From an uncultured Planctomycetaceae bacterium (GTDB lineage Bacteria > Planctomycetota > Planctomycetia > Planctomycetales > Planctomycetaceae), in contig CAWFGE010000012.1 in the NCBI GenBank assembly GCA_963815195.1, positions 32,001-96,000 of the forward strand: DNA of 64,000 nt. Direction: 5' to 3'. Position numbers and translations under genes: made by a program. How positions within the stretch are numbered: the stretch's first letter is position 1; every line of letters starts with the position of its first letter. Positions 27,577 through 42,057 of the stretch are shown piece by piece. Under the pieces are notes generated by a model. The model worked only from the letters and a program-made list of their open reading frames with translations. It had not been told where the DNA came from and searched no databases.

Positions 27577-27595
27577 CGACGATTGAAGAAACCAG

Positions 27596-27658
27596 ATCAC
27601 CCCGAACGCGATAGCGTCCGGTTGCCCCATGAACCGGGGCGAGCGCCCTGCGGCTGAT
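27596..27658. repeat. REP doublet, family A, inside the glucan operon
   Basis: ATCACCCCGAACGCGATAGCGTCCGGTT..AACCGGGGCGAGCGCCCTGCGGCTGAT. Confidence 0.8.
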
Positions 27659-27710
27659 AAACATGACCGTTTTGGATAACCCTCACTCACTGAAAAACCC
27701 TCCCTATAAC

Positions 27711-29889
27711 ATGTCAACCCTACCGCCCCAACTCGAAGAGCTGGCCCGATGCTTCGGCGTTTTGACTTCGTATCACGATGTTTACAAGAAGCATCGGGAC
27801 GTTTCCGCCGAGACCGTGTTGGCCGTGCTCGAGGTGTTGGGCGTGGATTTGCCGACGCTGGGCCGCGCCGGCGAGGTGTTAAAGGCCGAGCAAACGGCGC
27901 GTCTCGAGCGCGGCATTGCACCGGTGATCGTGCATTGGGAAGGCGAATCGCAGGAGTTCCCGTTCTCCTTGCCCGCGGAACAGGCGACCGGAAAACTCGT
28001 CTGCGAGATTGCGGTGGAAGATCAAAGCCGCACGCTTACGGAGTCGTACCAACTGGATAAGCTGGCCCGAAAGCCCAGCCCTTGCGGGCGGTTTGTGACG
28101 GTCTCGCTGCCGATCCCGCGGGACGTCGGCCCGGGGTATCATCAACTGTCGATCGAGCATGCGGATGGCCGGTTTCGTTCGCTGTTGATCTCCGCGCCGC
28201 TCCGCGGCTATTCCGGAGAACAAGACCGCCGGGATTGGGGATGTTTTCTGCCTTTGTATTCCCTCAAAAGCGCGCGGAACTGGGGGGCGGGGGACTTTAC
28301 GGATTTGCACAACTTCACGCACTGGGTCGCCGAGCACGGCGGAAGCGTCGTGGGCACGCTGCCCATGTTGGCGGCGTTTCTGGACGAGCCTTGCGATCCA
28401 AGCCCCTATGCCCCCGCAAGCCGGCTCGCTTGGAATGAGTTCTATCTCGACGTGGAGCGGATTCCCGAATTTGCCGGCTGCACGAAGGCGGCGGAGGCCG
28501 TTCGCTCCGACTCGTTCCGCGCGGAGTTGGCGGCGGTTCGGAGTACCGAACTTGTGGAGTACCGCAAGCTGATGGCCCTCAAACGGCAGGTGCTTGAGCC
28601 ATTGGCGGACAAGTTCTTTGAAGAGAAACCCGCCGCGCGGTTTGCCCGGTTCGAGCGGTTTCTCGAAACTCATCCGCATGTGGAAAACTACGCGGAGTTC
28701 CGAGCGGCCCAGGAACGGCGGCCCACCGACTGGCGGGAATGGCCCGACGCGATGCGGCCCGGTCAACTCACGGACCGCGACTTTGATCCGCGGAGCAAGC
28801 AATATCATCTCTACGTGCAATGGGTCGCGACGAATCAGTTGGAAAACCTGGCCGAGGCTTCGGGCGGCGGGTTGTATCTCGATTTGCCTTTGGGGGTCCG
28901 GCCGGACGGCTATGATGTCTGGCGATGGCACGATCTCTATGCGACAGAGGCCTCCGCGGGATCGCCGCCCGATGCGATGTGGACGAAGGGGCAAGACTGG
29001 GGCTTTCCGCCGTTGCATCCGGAGCGGATTCGCGAAGACGGCTACCGGCACGTGCGGGATTATCTTCGGCATCACTTGCGGCTCGCGCGGATCCTCCGCA
29101 TCGATCATGTGATGCAGTTGCACCGCTTGTATTGGGTGCCCCGCGGCTTGGGGGCCCATCAGGGGGCCTATGTCCAATATCGGCCGGAGGAATTCTACGC
29201 GATTTTGAATCTGGAATCGCACCGCTGCCGAACCACGCTCGTCGGCGAAAACCTGGGCACGGTTCCACCCGCCGTCAACGAAGCCATGATTCGGCATGGC
29301 ATGCAGCGAATGTACGTCGTGCAATACGAAATCGCGGAAGAAGAGGTCGAAGAGGAACTCGAGGGGAATGATTTCGAACCCGTCCGCAGCGATTATTCTG
29401 CGGGACGTGCCTGCGGACACCTTGGCGTCCATGAACACGCACGACATGGCGACCTTCGCCGCGTGGTGGCGGGGCGAGGACATTTGGCTCCGGCGGGATC
29501 TCGATCTCATCGATCAACAGGAAGCCGAGCGCCAGCAGGAGGAACTCCAACACGTGCGAAACGAACTCGTCGGCTGGCTTTGCTCGCGAAACTGGCTTGG
29601 GGGATCCGCAGCGGACGAATCGCAAATCCTGGCGGCGATTCTCCGGTTTATCTCCGCGAGCGCCGCGGACGTGGTGCTCGTGAATCTGGAAGACCTGTGG
29701 CTCGAAGCCCGCCCGCAAAACGTGCCGGGCACGGGGTCGGAGCGCCCCAACTGGAAGCGCAAAGCGGCGTTGGCTTATGAAGAGTTCACGCAGTCTCCGC
29801 CCGTGCTGGCCGCTTTGCAAATGGTTGCCCGCTTGCGTCAGGAGGCTCAAACCGAGGCGGCCGAGAAGCAAGAAGGAGCGAGAGAATGA
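27711..29889 (+). CDS. malQ: 4-alpha-glucanotransferase (GH77), apparent +1 frameshift near 29385
   Basis: SPYAPASR, YLDLPLGV, GQDWGFPP, LRIDHVM, GENLGTVP; THDMAT and QNVPGT..NWKRK in the next frame; start may be 27663. Confidence 0.9.
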
Positions 29890-31739
29890 CGCAGCATCCC
29901 GACTATCCGCCGACACTGGGCGCCCTCCGCGTGGGCGACCGCAAATACCAGTTTCGCGTCTGGGCCCCGAAGGTGCAAAGCCTGGATCTGAGGCTGCTCG
30001 ATCCCAGCGAACGAATCTCGCCGATGAAGCGCCGCGACCGGGGCTATTATGAATGCGAGGCCGAAGACGTGAAACCGGGCACGCGGTATTTTTACCGCAT
30101 CGACGGCGCGCGGGATCGGCCCGATCCGGCTTCGCGGTTTCAGCCCGAAGGCGTGCACCGCGCCTCGGCGGTCGTCGATCCGCTCTTCCCGTGGACCGAC
30201 GCCCATTGGCACGGCGTTCCGCTCCAGCAATACATCATCTACGAATTGCACGTGGGCACGTTCACTCCGGAGGGCACGTTCGACGCGGCGATTTCTTATT
30301 TGGACGGCCTCAAGCAGCTCGGCCTCACCGCGGTCGAGCTGATGCCCGTGGCCCAATTTCCCGGCAGCCGGAACTGGGGTTACGACGGCGTGCATCCGTT
30401 TGCCGTACAGAACTCCTACGGCGGGCCGGACGGATTAAAACGCTTCGTCGATGCCGCCCATCACCGCGGGCTCGCTGTGATTGTGGACGCGGTCTATAAC
30501 CATCTCGGCCCGGAAGGCAATTACCTTGCGGAGTTCGGGCACTACTTCACGGATCGGCATCACACGCCTTGGGGCCCGGCGGTCAATTTTGACGATCGCG
30601 GCAGCGATGAGGTCCGGCGGTTCTTCATCGAAAACGCGCTGTATTGGATCAGCGAGTTTCACATCGACGCCCTCAGGCTCGATGCGGTGCATGCGATCTT
30701 CGATTTCTCGGCGACGCCTTTCCTGGAGGAACTCGCCGATGCCGTCCGTCTGGAAGGCGAACGCGAAGGCCGGCGGGTCTATACGATCGCGGAAAGCAGC
30801 CTGAACGATACCCGGCTGATCAAAGCGAAGGAAGTCGGCGGCTACGGCCTCGACGCCCAATGGTGCGACGACCTGCACCATGCCCTGCGAACGGAATTGA
30901 CCGGCGAGCGATCCGGGTATTACGTCGATTACCACGGGTTTGATGACATTGCAAAAGCCTACCGCGACGGCTTCGTGCAGGATGGGCGGTATTCGGAATA
31001 TCGCGGCCGCCGGCATGGGAACTCGGCCCGCGGGATCGATCCGATCAAGCTCGTCGTCTGCTCGCAGAACCACGATCAGGTCGGCAACCGCCTCGCGGGA
31101 GAGCGGCCGGGCGAATTGGTTTCGTTCGAAAAGCAGAAGCTGGCGGCGGCCGCGGTGATTCTCTCGCCGTATTTGCCGATGTTGTTTATGGGCGAGGAAT
31201 ATGGCGAAACGGCACCGTTTCAGTTTTTTGTCAGCCATACCGATCCCGATTTGATCGAAGCCGTCCGCCGGGGCCGAAAACAAGAGTTCGCCCGCTTCCA
31301 ATGGAAAGAAGAACCGCCCGACCCGCAAGCGGAAGCCACATTTCTCCGCTCGAAGCTCGATCATAATCTAAAAAGCGAGACCCGGCACCGCACCTTGCGC
31401 GAGTTGTATCGGGCCTTGATCCATCTGCGAAAAACCGAACCGGCGCTCGCGTTTCCCAAACGGGATCGGATGGAAATCCGCACATTGGAACCCATTCGCG
31501 GGTTCGTTGTCATGCGGTGCGCGGCCGGGAGTTTGTTGCTCACCATTCTGCATTTTGGAACGGAATCTGCGGATGCCGGCCTGGAATTGCCGGCGGGAAC
31601 GTGGAGCAAAATCCTCGATTCCGCCGAGACCGAATGGCACGGTCCGGGAAGCGAGCTCCCCGCGTCGTTGGAATCATCAGGCGATGTTGTGCTTTCCCTG
31701 CCGCCGAATTCCGCCGTGGTCTATAGGCGATTGGGATAG
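29886..31739 (+). CDS. treZ: Malto-oligosyltrehalose trehalohydrolase
   Basis: FRVWAP, PDPASRFQPEGVH, YELHVGTF, RNWGYDGV, LRLDAVHAI, QNHDQVGNR, MLFMGEEY; ATGA overlap with malQ. Confidence 0.95.
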   Translation: MTQHPDYPPTLGALRVGDRKYQFRVWAPKVQSLDLRLLDPSERISPMKRRDRGYYECEAEDVKPGTRYFYRIDGARDRPDPASRFQPEGVHRASAVVDPLFPWTDAHWHGVPLQQYIIYELHVGTFTPEGTFDAAISYLDGLKQLGLTAVELMPVAQFPGSRNWGYDGVHPFAVQNSYGGPDGLKRFVDAAHHRGLAVIVDAVYNHLGPEGNYLAEFGHYFTDRHHTPWGPAVNFDDRGSDEVRRFFIENALYWISEFHIDALRLDAVHAIFDFSATPFLEELADAVRLEGEREGRRVYTIAESSLNDTRLIKAKEVGGYGLDAQWCDDLHHALRTELTGERSGYYVDYHGFDDIAKAYRDGFVQDGRYSEYRGRRHGNSARGIDPIKLVVCSQNHDQVGNRLAGERPGELVSFEKQKLAAAAVILSPYLPMLFMGEEYGETAPFQFFVSHTDPDLIEAVRRGRKQEFARFQWKEEPPDPQAEATFLRSKLDHNLKSETRHRTLRELYRALIHLRKTEPALAFPKRDRMEIRTLEPIRGFVVMRCAAGSLLLTILHFGTESADAGLELPAGTWSKILDSAETEWHGPGSELPASLESSGDVVLSLPPNSAVVYRRLG

Positions 31740-31762
31740 GAAACCGAGACAGGAAACCTTAT

Positions 31763-34002
<2,240 letters not shown>

Positions 34003-34006
<4 letters not shown>

Positions 34007-37000
34007 AGGACCACCAATCTCCGCCGATGGCGACCTATCGGCTGCAATTCAATGCGGGGTTCCGGCTGACGGATGCGCAGGCGCTCGTTCCCTATTTCAG
34101 CCGCCTGGGGATCACGCATTGCTACGCTTCACCGCTGCTCAGGGCGCGGCAGGGAAGCAGCCACGGCTATGACGTGGTGGACCCGGCCACGATCAACCCG
34201 AACCTCGGCGACAAAACCGATCTGGTGGGCTTCGTCTCGACGCTAAGAAACTTCGGGCTGGGGCTTGTGCTCGACATCGTTCCCAACCACATGGCCGCCA
34301 GCATTGAAAACCCGTATTGGCGGGACGTGTTGACGTACGGGCCGAGTTCGCCGTTTGCGAGCTGGTTCGACATCGACTGGCGGATGCCCGACCCGAACAT
34401 GTGGGGCCGGGTGCTCGTGCCCGTGTTGGGCGACGCCCCGCTCCCGCATCCTGGCGGACGATCAAATTCGCCTCGATTGGTCGGACGGCCGGTTTTTGCT
34501 CAGGTATTTCGATCACACGTTTCCCGTCGATCCGGCGACCGTTCCCAGCATTTGCCAATTCGGGCTCGAAGATCTCAGGGAGCGACTGGCCGCGGATCAT
34601 CCGGCCCTCGAGCAAATCCACGGCATTCTCGATTACCTGATGAATCTTCCCAAGTCGGCGACGCGGCTCCGCCGCCACGTCGAGATCGACCGCGAGGAAA
34701 CGGAGCACGAGCTGGCGAGGTTCACGCATCTCGTCGTGCAATCGCCCACGATCCAGCAATGGGCCGAAGAGACCGCAGCCCGATTCGGCGATGGCAAAGC
34801 CGGTCACGCCCGGCTCCGCAAACTTCTGGACGCCCAACCCTACCGCCTGGTCCATTGGCGGGACGCCGCCCGCACGATCAACTATCGCCGGTTCTTCGAC
34901 ATCAACGAGCTGATTTCGGTTCGGCAGGAAGATCCGCAGGTGTTCGAGGACACGCACCTCACGATTCTCCGCTGGGTCGATGAAGGATTGCTCGACGGCC
35001 TTCGGATCGATCACATCGACGGCCTGCGCGATCCGCTGGGCTATCTGGAGCGGTTGATCGAAGCCCTCACGCGCGGCGAGCGGAAGGAGCGGCGGGTTCC
35101 CGTGTTCGTCGAGAAAATTCTCGCCCCCGAAGAAAAGCTGCCCTGCGGCTGGCCGGTTGCGGGCACGACGGGTTACGAGTTTCTCAATCAGTTGGAAGCG
35201 ATCTTCATTTCGCCGGACGGCTTTTCCGCCATTGAGCACGACTATCACCGGTGGATCCGCCGCGGGACGGGTTTTGAGCAAGTCGCCCGCTGGGGCAAAC
35301 GCCGGATTTTGCGGCACGACCTCTCGCCCCAAGTCGGCCGGCTGGCGGATTATCTCTGGCGGTTGGCGGAGCAGCGGCGGCTCGACCCGCCCGCAGTCGC
35401 GGAGGAGTCGCAAGCGGCGGACGCTGTTCCCGATCCGGAGGCCCAGGACGTGCTGGCTCCCGAATACGGCGGCGACGGCTCGTCCACCGCGGTCGCCGGC
35501 CGGCGGGAATTGACCAAGCGCGAACTCTTGGACGCCTTGGTCGAGGTGATGATCGCTTTGCCGGTGTATCGCACGTACGTCGATCGGAACCACGGCATCA
35601 TCAGCGATGCGGACCGGGGTTATTTGGAGACGGCGATTAAAGAAGCCCGCGCCAGCGGAAACGCGACGCCCGAAGCGTTCGACTTTCTCGGCGAAGTGTT
35701 GCTTCTGGAAAATCGCGGGCAGTGCACGGAGCACGAAGTCAGCGAACGCGTGAATTTTATCGAACGCTTTCAACAACTCACCGGCCCCGCCGCCGCCAAG
35801 GGAATCGAAGACACCGCGCTTTATGTCTATGTGCCTTTGGTGTCTTTGAACGAAGTCGGCGGCGAGCCTCGGCTGACGGCGGACGATCCCGTCTCCCGGC
35901 TCCACGAGGCCAACGAAGAGCGGGCGGCGACCTGGCCCCAGACCATGCTCTCCGTCACCACGCACGACACCAAGCGGACCGCGGACGTCCGCGCCGGCTG
36001 GACGTGCTTAGCGAAATGCCCAAATTCTGGGGCGAACTGTGCCGGCGCTGGCGGCGGGCTCATCGCGATTTCGGGTCCGATGTCGGCGGCAAACGCGCCC
36101 CGGAACCGGCGGCGGAATATCTCATCTATCAAACCGTCCTCGGCCTCTGGCCCGCGCCGGATCCCACGCGAGTGAGCGAGTTGCCCGAGGCATCCGCCCT
36201 CGAGGAACTTCACGAGCGGATCGAAGCCTACATGCTGAAAGCCGTCCGCGAAGCAAAAACCCGCACGAGTTGGACGCATCAGAACCGGGAATACGAAGAC
36301 GCCCTCGTTTCGTTCCTGCGCGGCCTGTTTCACCTGGACTATCAGGGAAACAACCCCTTCCTCGCGGAGGTGCAGGAACTGGCGGCCCGCATTGCCCGGC
36401 CGGGATTCTGGAACAGCCTCGCGCGGACGCTCATTCAATTTACGTCGCCCGGGACCCCCGATCTTTATCAAGGCGACGAGCTTTGGAACTTCGCCCTCGT
36501 CGATCCCGACAACCGCCGGCCCGTGGATTATGAAACACGCCAGCGCTTGCTGGACGATGTGATTATGCACATTGAAGCGCCCGAGGAATCGCGGCGGGCC
36601 TTCTTGAAAGACCTCGTGAAATCGCCCGAAGACGGGCGGATCAAACTCCACCTGATCCACACCGTGCTCGCGACGCGGCACAATCATCCCCACTTGTTTT
36701 CGTGCGGACAATACCTGCCCTTGGCGGCCGAGGGCGCGGCAAGCGAACATGTTTTCGCTTTTGCCCGGCTCGGACGAATCGCCCCGGAATGCGAGGTTCC
36801 GGACGAGGCGGCGATTCTCGTCGCGCCCCGACTTCCGGCCGCTCTCATCGCCGACCCTGCACTAGCTCCGGTCGGCGACGACGTCTGGACCGATACCGCG
36901 CTCCGTTTGCCCGATCCGCTTCGCCAGCGGACCTGGCGGTGCGCGTTCACCAGCGAAACCTTCACTTCGGGCACCGAGGGAAACCTGAAAGTCGCCCAAG

Positions 37001-37044
37001 CGCTCTCCTATTTTCCCGCCGCTTTGCTCATCGGCAAACGATAG
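34003..37044 (+). CDS. treY: Malto-oligosyltrehalose synthase, two apparent frameshifts (about 34438 and 35995)
   Basis: ATYRLQF, SSHGYDVVD, DIVPNHM; then NYRRFFDI, LRIDHIDGL, VEKIL, GTTGYE, THDTKR; then PGTPDLYQGDE, LVDPDNRRPVD in a third segment. Confidence 0.92.
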
Positions 37045-37078
37045 CCTGCCCGCGGCCGCGGGTGTTGCAACGGCTCGG

Positions 37079-37142
37079 GTGGCACGCCCTGAGGAACGAA
37101 GGGCGTGGTCGCTGCGCTTCGATGCGCTCAGGGTCGTGCCAC
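37079..37142. repeat. REP-like inverted repeat (a different family)
   Basis: GTGGCACGCCCTGAG / CTCAGGGTCGTGCCAC arms with internal CACGCCCT..AGGGCGTG. Confidence 0.6.
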
Positions 37143-37219
37143 TCTCTTTGGCATGGCGTTTGCGTTTTCAAGTTTGTCAAACGAACGCAATTGCCTCCAA
37201 ACCTTATCGCGGGAACGAT

Positions 37220-37951
37220 ATGACCTACCCACCCGATTGGCTCGTGACGCTGGCCTGGATCGCTCTAGGCCTTGGCGGAATCTCTTTCTTATGGATCCTG
37301 GCGGACATCTTCCTCTTGGGGCATCGGCAACACATGGGGATCATGGACGTTGTGTGGCCGGTCACCGGTCTCTATGCCGGTCCGATCGCTCTGGTTTCCT
37401 ACTACACCATCGGCCGGCTGGGAACGCACAAAAAGGTGAAACAGGCCAAAGAACACGATGAAACGCCCCCCAACAAGACCAAACCGTTCTGGCAGATCGT
37501 GGGCGTGGGCGTCACGCATTGCGGCAGCGGCTGCACTCTAGGCGACATCTGCGCGGAATGGACCATGCACTTTGTCACCACCGGGCTGATCGCCGGAACG
37601 GCGGGCGCGTGGATCGTGTTTGTGACCTGGGGCGTGGACTATGTTCTGGCTCTGCTCTTTGGCATCGTGTTTCAATACTTTTCGATCGTCCCCATGCGGA
37701 ATCTCTCCAAAAGCGAAGGACTTAAAGAAGCCTTCAAAGCCGACTTCCTTTCGCTCACCTCCTGGCAAATCGGCATGTATGGTTGGATGGCGATTGCGAT
37801 CTTCGTCCTCTTCGGCCATCACAGCGAAGCCATGAAGAAAACGAGCCCCGTGTTCTGGTTTATGATGCAACTTGCCATGTTCGCCGGCTTTATGACGGCC
37901 TTTCCCGTCAATTGGTGGCTCATCCGCAAAGGGATCAAAGAGGAGATGTAA
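37220..37951 (+). CDS. DUF4396-like membrane protein
   Basis: HMGIMDVVWPVTGLY, HCGSGCTLGD, FGIVFQYFSIVPM, FWFMMQ, PVNWWLIRKGIKEEM. Confidence 0.8.
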   Translation: MTYPPDWLVTLAWIALGLGGISFLWILADIFLLGHRQHMGIMDVVWPVTGLYAGPIALVSYYTIGRLGTHKKVKQAKEHDETPPNKTKPFWQIVGVGVTHCGSGCTLGDICAEWTMHFVTTGLIAGTAGAWIVFVTWGVDYVLALLFGIVFQYFSIVPMRNLSKSEGLKEAFKADFLSLTSWQIGMYGWMAIAIFVLFGHHSEAMKKTSPVFWFMMQLAMFAGFMTAFPVNWWLIRKGIKEEM

Positions 37952-38213
37952 AGAGGCCGACGCGCGACAAATTTCTTCTGGAGAACTCCCTCTCTCCTTT
38001 TTCAAGGTTTTCCCACGCTGTTTTAAGACTTTCCCCCATAGGCAGTGGAAAATGGGAGAGCTAATGTAGGTTCGGAAGGAACAACGCGGCTCATGGCTTT
38101 TGCGCCGCATCCTCTTTCCTTCTTCCGGCTCCACGGTTGCGCAAACGTATCGCTGCACGTAAATGCCCCCGGTGTTTCTCGCGGTCGGTCGTTTGTTGAT
38201 TTGAAGGAACGGC

Positions 38214-38873
38214 ATGAGGCAGAATTTTCCCCGTTGGACGAACGTCGTGGCCAAGGCGGGCCTTCTGGTCGCCGTCCTCGTCGTGGCGCTCGGGATCTGG
38301 GCGGCTTTGCTGTATACGCGATCGTCTTATGGATCGGGCGTCGGGTTTCGGCCCGTGCAACCGGTGCCTTTCAGCCATCAGCACCACGTCGGCGTGTTGG
38401 GAATCGATTGCCGCTATTGCCATCAACATGTGGAAGACTCCGGTTTCGCCGGGATTCCTCCCACCAAGACCTGCATGAACTGCCATTCGCAAATCTGGGT
38501 CGGCAGCGAGATGCTGAAGCCCGTCCGCGACAGCTATCACACGGGCGAAAGCCTGAGATGGAGGCGCGTCAACAACTTGCCGGGCTTTGTGTATTTCGAT
38601 CACAGCATCCACGTGCAGAAAGGCGTCGGGTGCGCTTCCTGCCACGGGGAAATTCAGAAGATGCCTTTCACGTTCCAGGCCAAATCCCTGTTGATGGAAT
38701 GGTGCCTCGATTGCCATCGCCATCCGGAAAAGCATCTCCGCCCGCGCGAGGAAGTATTCAACATGGCCTACGAACCGCCGGAGAATCAGATCGAACTGGG
38801 ACAGCGCTTGATGAAGGAATACGAGATTCACGACTCGCATTACATGACCAGTTGCACCAGGTGCCATCGATGA
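38214..38873 (+). CDS. actA: Alternative complex III pentaheme cytochrome c subunit
   Basis: N-terminal TM; QPVPFSH; five CxxCH motifs (CRYCH, CMNCH, CASCH, CLDCH, CTRCH). Confidence 0.92.
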   Translation: MRQNFPRWTNVVAKAGLLVAVLVVALGIWAALLYTRSSYGSGVGFRPVQPVPFSHQHHVGVLGIDCRYCHQHVEDSGFAGIPPTKTCMNCHSQIWVGSEMLKPVRDSYHTGESLRWRRVNNLPGFVYFDHSIHVQKGVGCASCHGEIQKMPFTFQAKSLLMEWCLDCHRHPEKHLRPREEVFNMAYEPPENQIELGQRLMKEYEIHDSHYMTSCTRCHR

Positions 38874-41800
38874 ACGACCGCAAAGATCTGTCGCCGCGAC
38901 TGGAGCAACTGGACCGGACGCTCCAAGACGCTCGCGGGAAGAAGTTCTGGCGATCGCTGGAGGAACTGTCCGGCTCGGCGGAATTTCAGGACTTGATGAA
39001 GCAGGAGTTTCCGCAGCAAGCCGACGTGTGGGCGGATTCGCTCAGCCGCCGCCGGTTTCTGAGCTTGATGGGGGCCTCGCTGGCGCTCGCCGGCTTAAGC
39101 GGTTGCTCGGTGAAGCCGGCCCCGATGAAGGAAATCGTGCCCTACGTGCACTCGCCGCGGGAAATGAAGCCGGGCCGTCCCTTGTACTTTGCCACCGCGA
39201 TGCCGTCGAGCCGCGGCGCGGTGGGACTCCTCGTGGAAAGCCACATGGGCCGGCCCACGAAGATCGAAGGCAACCCCGATCACCCGGCGAGCCTGGGGGC
39301 CACGAGCATCTATCACCAGGCCTCGGTGCTGGGGCTTTATGATCCGGACCGTTCGCAATCGGCGACCTATCTCGGACGGACGCAAACGCAAACCGAGGCG
39401 CTCGCCGCGCTCCGCGGGGAACTGAAAAAACAAAACAAATCGGACGGGGCGGGGCTTCGCATCTTGAGCGAGCCGATCAATTCCCCCACCGTGGCCGCCG
39501 AGAGGCAGAAGGTGCAGAAGGCCTATCCGAAAGCCGATTGGCTGACCTATGAGCCGATCCATCGGGACGAGAGTCATCGAGCCGCCCGGACAGCGTTCGG
39601 CGAGGATGTCAACACCTATTACGAATTGAAAGACGCCGACGTGGTCGTGTCGCTGGGCGCGGATTTCTCGCGCACGGTCCGGGGTTCATCAAGTACGCCC
39701 GCGAGTTTATGTCCCGCCGGCGCGTTCGCACGACCAAGGAAAACGCCTCGGAAGCGAAGATGAACCAGCTTTACGTTGTCGAGACGACGGTGTCTCCCAC
39801 CGGTGCCAAAGCGGATCATCGCCTGGCGGTCCCGGCGCATCAGATGGAAGCCGTCGCCCGGGAGTTGGCGGGACAACTCGGCGTCGCCGGCGCGTCTCAA
39901 AGTGCGGGAACGCTCAAGGACCAACACGCGAAATGGCTCTCCGTGCTCGCGGAGGCTTTGAAGAAACACCGCGGGCGGTGTGTGGTGATCGCCGGCTCCG
40001 ACCAACCCTGGCAGGTCCAGGTGTTGGCCCATGCCATGAACGCGTCTCTCGGAAACATGGGCAAGACCGTGTTTCATACACAGCCCATTGCGATCGCCAG
40101 CCAGGAGAGCGACCAATCCCTCATAAAGCTCGCCAAAGACATGCAGGCCGGCCGGGTGAAATGTTTGATCCTTCTCGCCACGAATCCGGTCTATTCCGCG
40201 CCGGCGGACATCGACTTCCTCAAGGCGATGCAGAAAGTCCCGTTCCGTCTGCACGTCGGGCTCTATCAGGATGAAACGGCCCGCGAGTGCCATTGGCATT
40301 TGCCCTTGGCTCACTATTTGGAGTCTTGGGAAGACGCCCGCGCGTTCGACGGGACGACCTCGCTGATTCAACCTTTGATTGAACCGCTTTATGACAACAT
40401 CTCGCTCGTGGAGATCGCGCGGTTTCTGACGGCCCAAATCGAAACGCCGGGCCGGGAAATTGTTCGCGAGTATTGGCAAAACCAATTTCAACAAGGGGGA
40501 TCCGAAACCGAGGAAGCCAACGGCGAGCAGAACCCGCCTGACGAAGGCTTCGAGAACTTTGACGCCTACTGGGAAACCGCCTTGCACGATGGGCTGGTCC
40601 GCGGAGTCCGCGAGCGGGAGTTTCCGCCGAAAGACCTTCCAATGCAGGAAGGCTGGCAGCAGAAGCTCGATACCGACAATCCGCCTGCCAAAGTCGGCGG
40701 AGAATATGAAATCGTGTTTCGTCCCGATCCGAGCATCTACGATGGATCGTTCGCGAACAACGGCTGGCTGCAAGAGCTGCCCAAGCCGCTCACGAAACTG
40801 ACGTGGGACAACGCCGCGATTATGAGCCCCGCCACCGCGGACAAGCTCGGCGTGGAATTCGGCAGCTTCGCCCACGGCGGCGAGCACGGCGGCTACGTGA
40901 TGCCCGTGGTGGAGTTGGAACTCGAAGGCCGCACCGTCAACGCCCCGGCTTGGATCATGCCCGGCCATGCGGACGACTCGATCACCGTGTGGCTCGGATA
41001 CGGCCGCACCGCCGCCGGCCGCGTGGGAGGCGACGGCGAGCACTCCGTCGGCTTCAATGCCTATCGCCTGCGGACGACCACGCACCCCTGGTTTGCCCGC
41101 GGGCTCAAAGTTCGCCGCACCGGCGACACCTACCTCCTCGCCTGCACTCAGCATCACCACTCGATGGAAGAACGCCACGCCGTCCGCGCGGAAACGCTGG
41201 CCGCTTACAAACACGATCCCGAGTTCGTCAAAAAGCCGCTGGAACAGGATGAGGGGCCGAAGAAACTTCGCGCCGAACCGCCCTTGACCTTTTATGACAA
41301 ACAGGACTTCCCCTACGATCCGCCTTTGCACAAGTGGGGCATGGCGATTGATCTGACGGCGTGCGTGGGCTGCAACGCCTGCATCGTCGCTTGCCAGTCG
41401 GAAAACAACATTCCCGTCGTCGGCAAGGAGCAGGTCGCGATGGGCCGGGAAATGCACTGGATCCGCGTGGACCGCTATATCAGCGGGACTTGGGAAAACC
41501 CGGAAGAGTTTTACTTCCAGCCCCTGCCCTGCATGCACTGCGAACAAGCCCCGTGCGAATATGTTTGCCCCGTCGAGGCGACCGTGCATAGTGCCGAAGG
41601 CCTCAACGACATGATCTACAACCGCTGCGTGGGCACGCGGTTCTGCTCCAACAACTGCCCCTATAAAGTCCGGCGGTTCAACTTTCTCGACTTTGCCGAC
41701 TTCGAGAATCAAACTCGCCAGTTGCAATATAACCCCGATGTCACCGTCCGCTCGCGGGGCGTGATGGAAAAGTGCAGCTACTGCGTGCAGCGGCTGAGGC

Positions 41801-42057
41801 ATGCCGAGATCGGCTCGCAGCGGGAAGGCCGCCCCCTCAAAGATGGCGAAGTCCTCACCGCCTGCCAGGCCGTTTGCCCCGCGGAGGCCATTTCCTTTGG
41901 CGACATGAATCAAGAAGAAAACCAGGTCTCCCGGTGGAAGGCCGCGCCGTTGAATTATGGTCTGCTGGAAGAATTGAACACGGAACCTCGAACGACCTAT
42001 CTGGGGGCGCTCCGGAATCCGAACGAACAACTCGAAGGGGGCAAGCATGACACCTGA
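38870..42057 (+). CDS. actB: Alternative complex III ActB (molybdopterin-oxidoreductase-like plus Fe-S), apparent -1 frameshift near 39667
   Basis: FWRSLEEL, Tat motif SRRRFL..LSGC, GRPTKIEGNPDHP, ANNGWLQELP; Fe-S motifs CVGCNACIVAC, CMHC..PC..VCP, CVGTRFCSNNCP, CSYC..ACQAVCP; one added base restores ADFLAHGPGFIKYAREF. Confidence 0.92.

Noticed and set aside
37952..38213. FNR/CRP box upstream of the ACIII operon
   Set aside because: Only a TTGAT half-site with no matching ATCAA at the correct spacing
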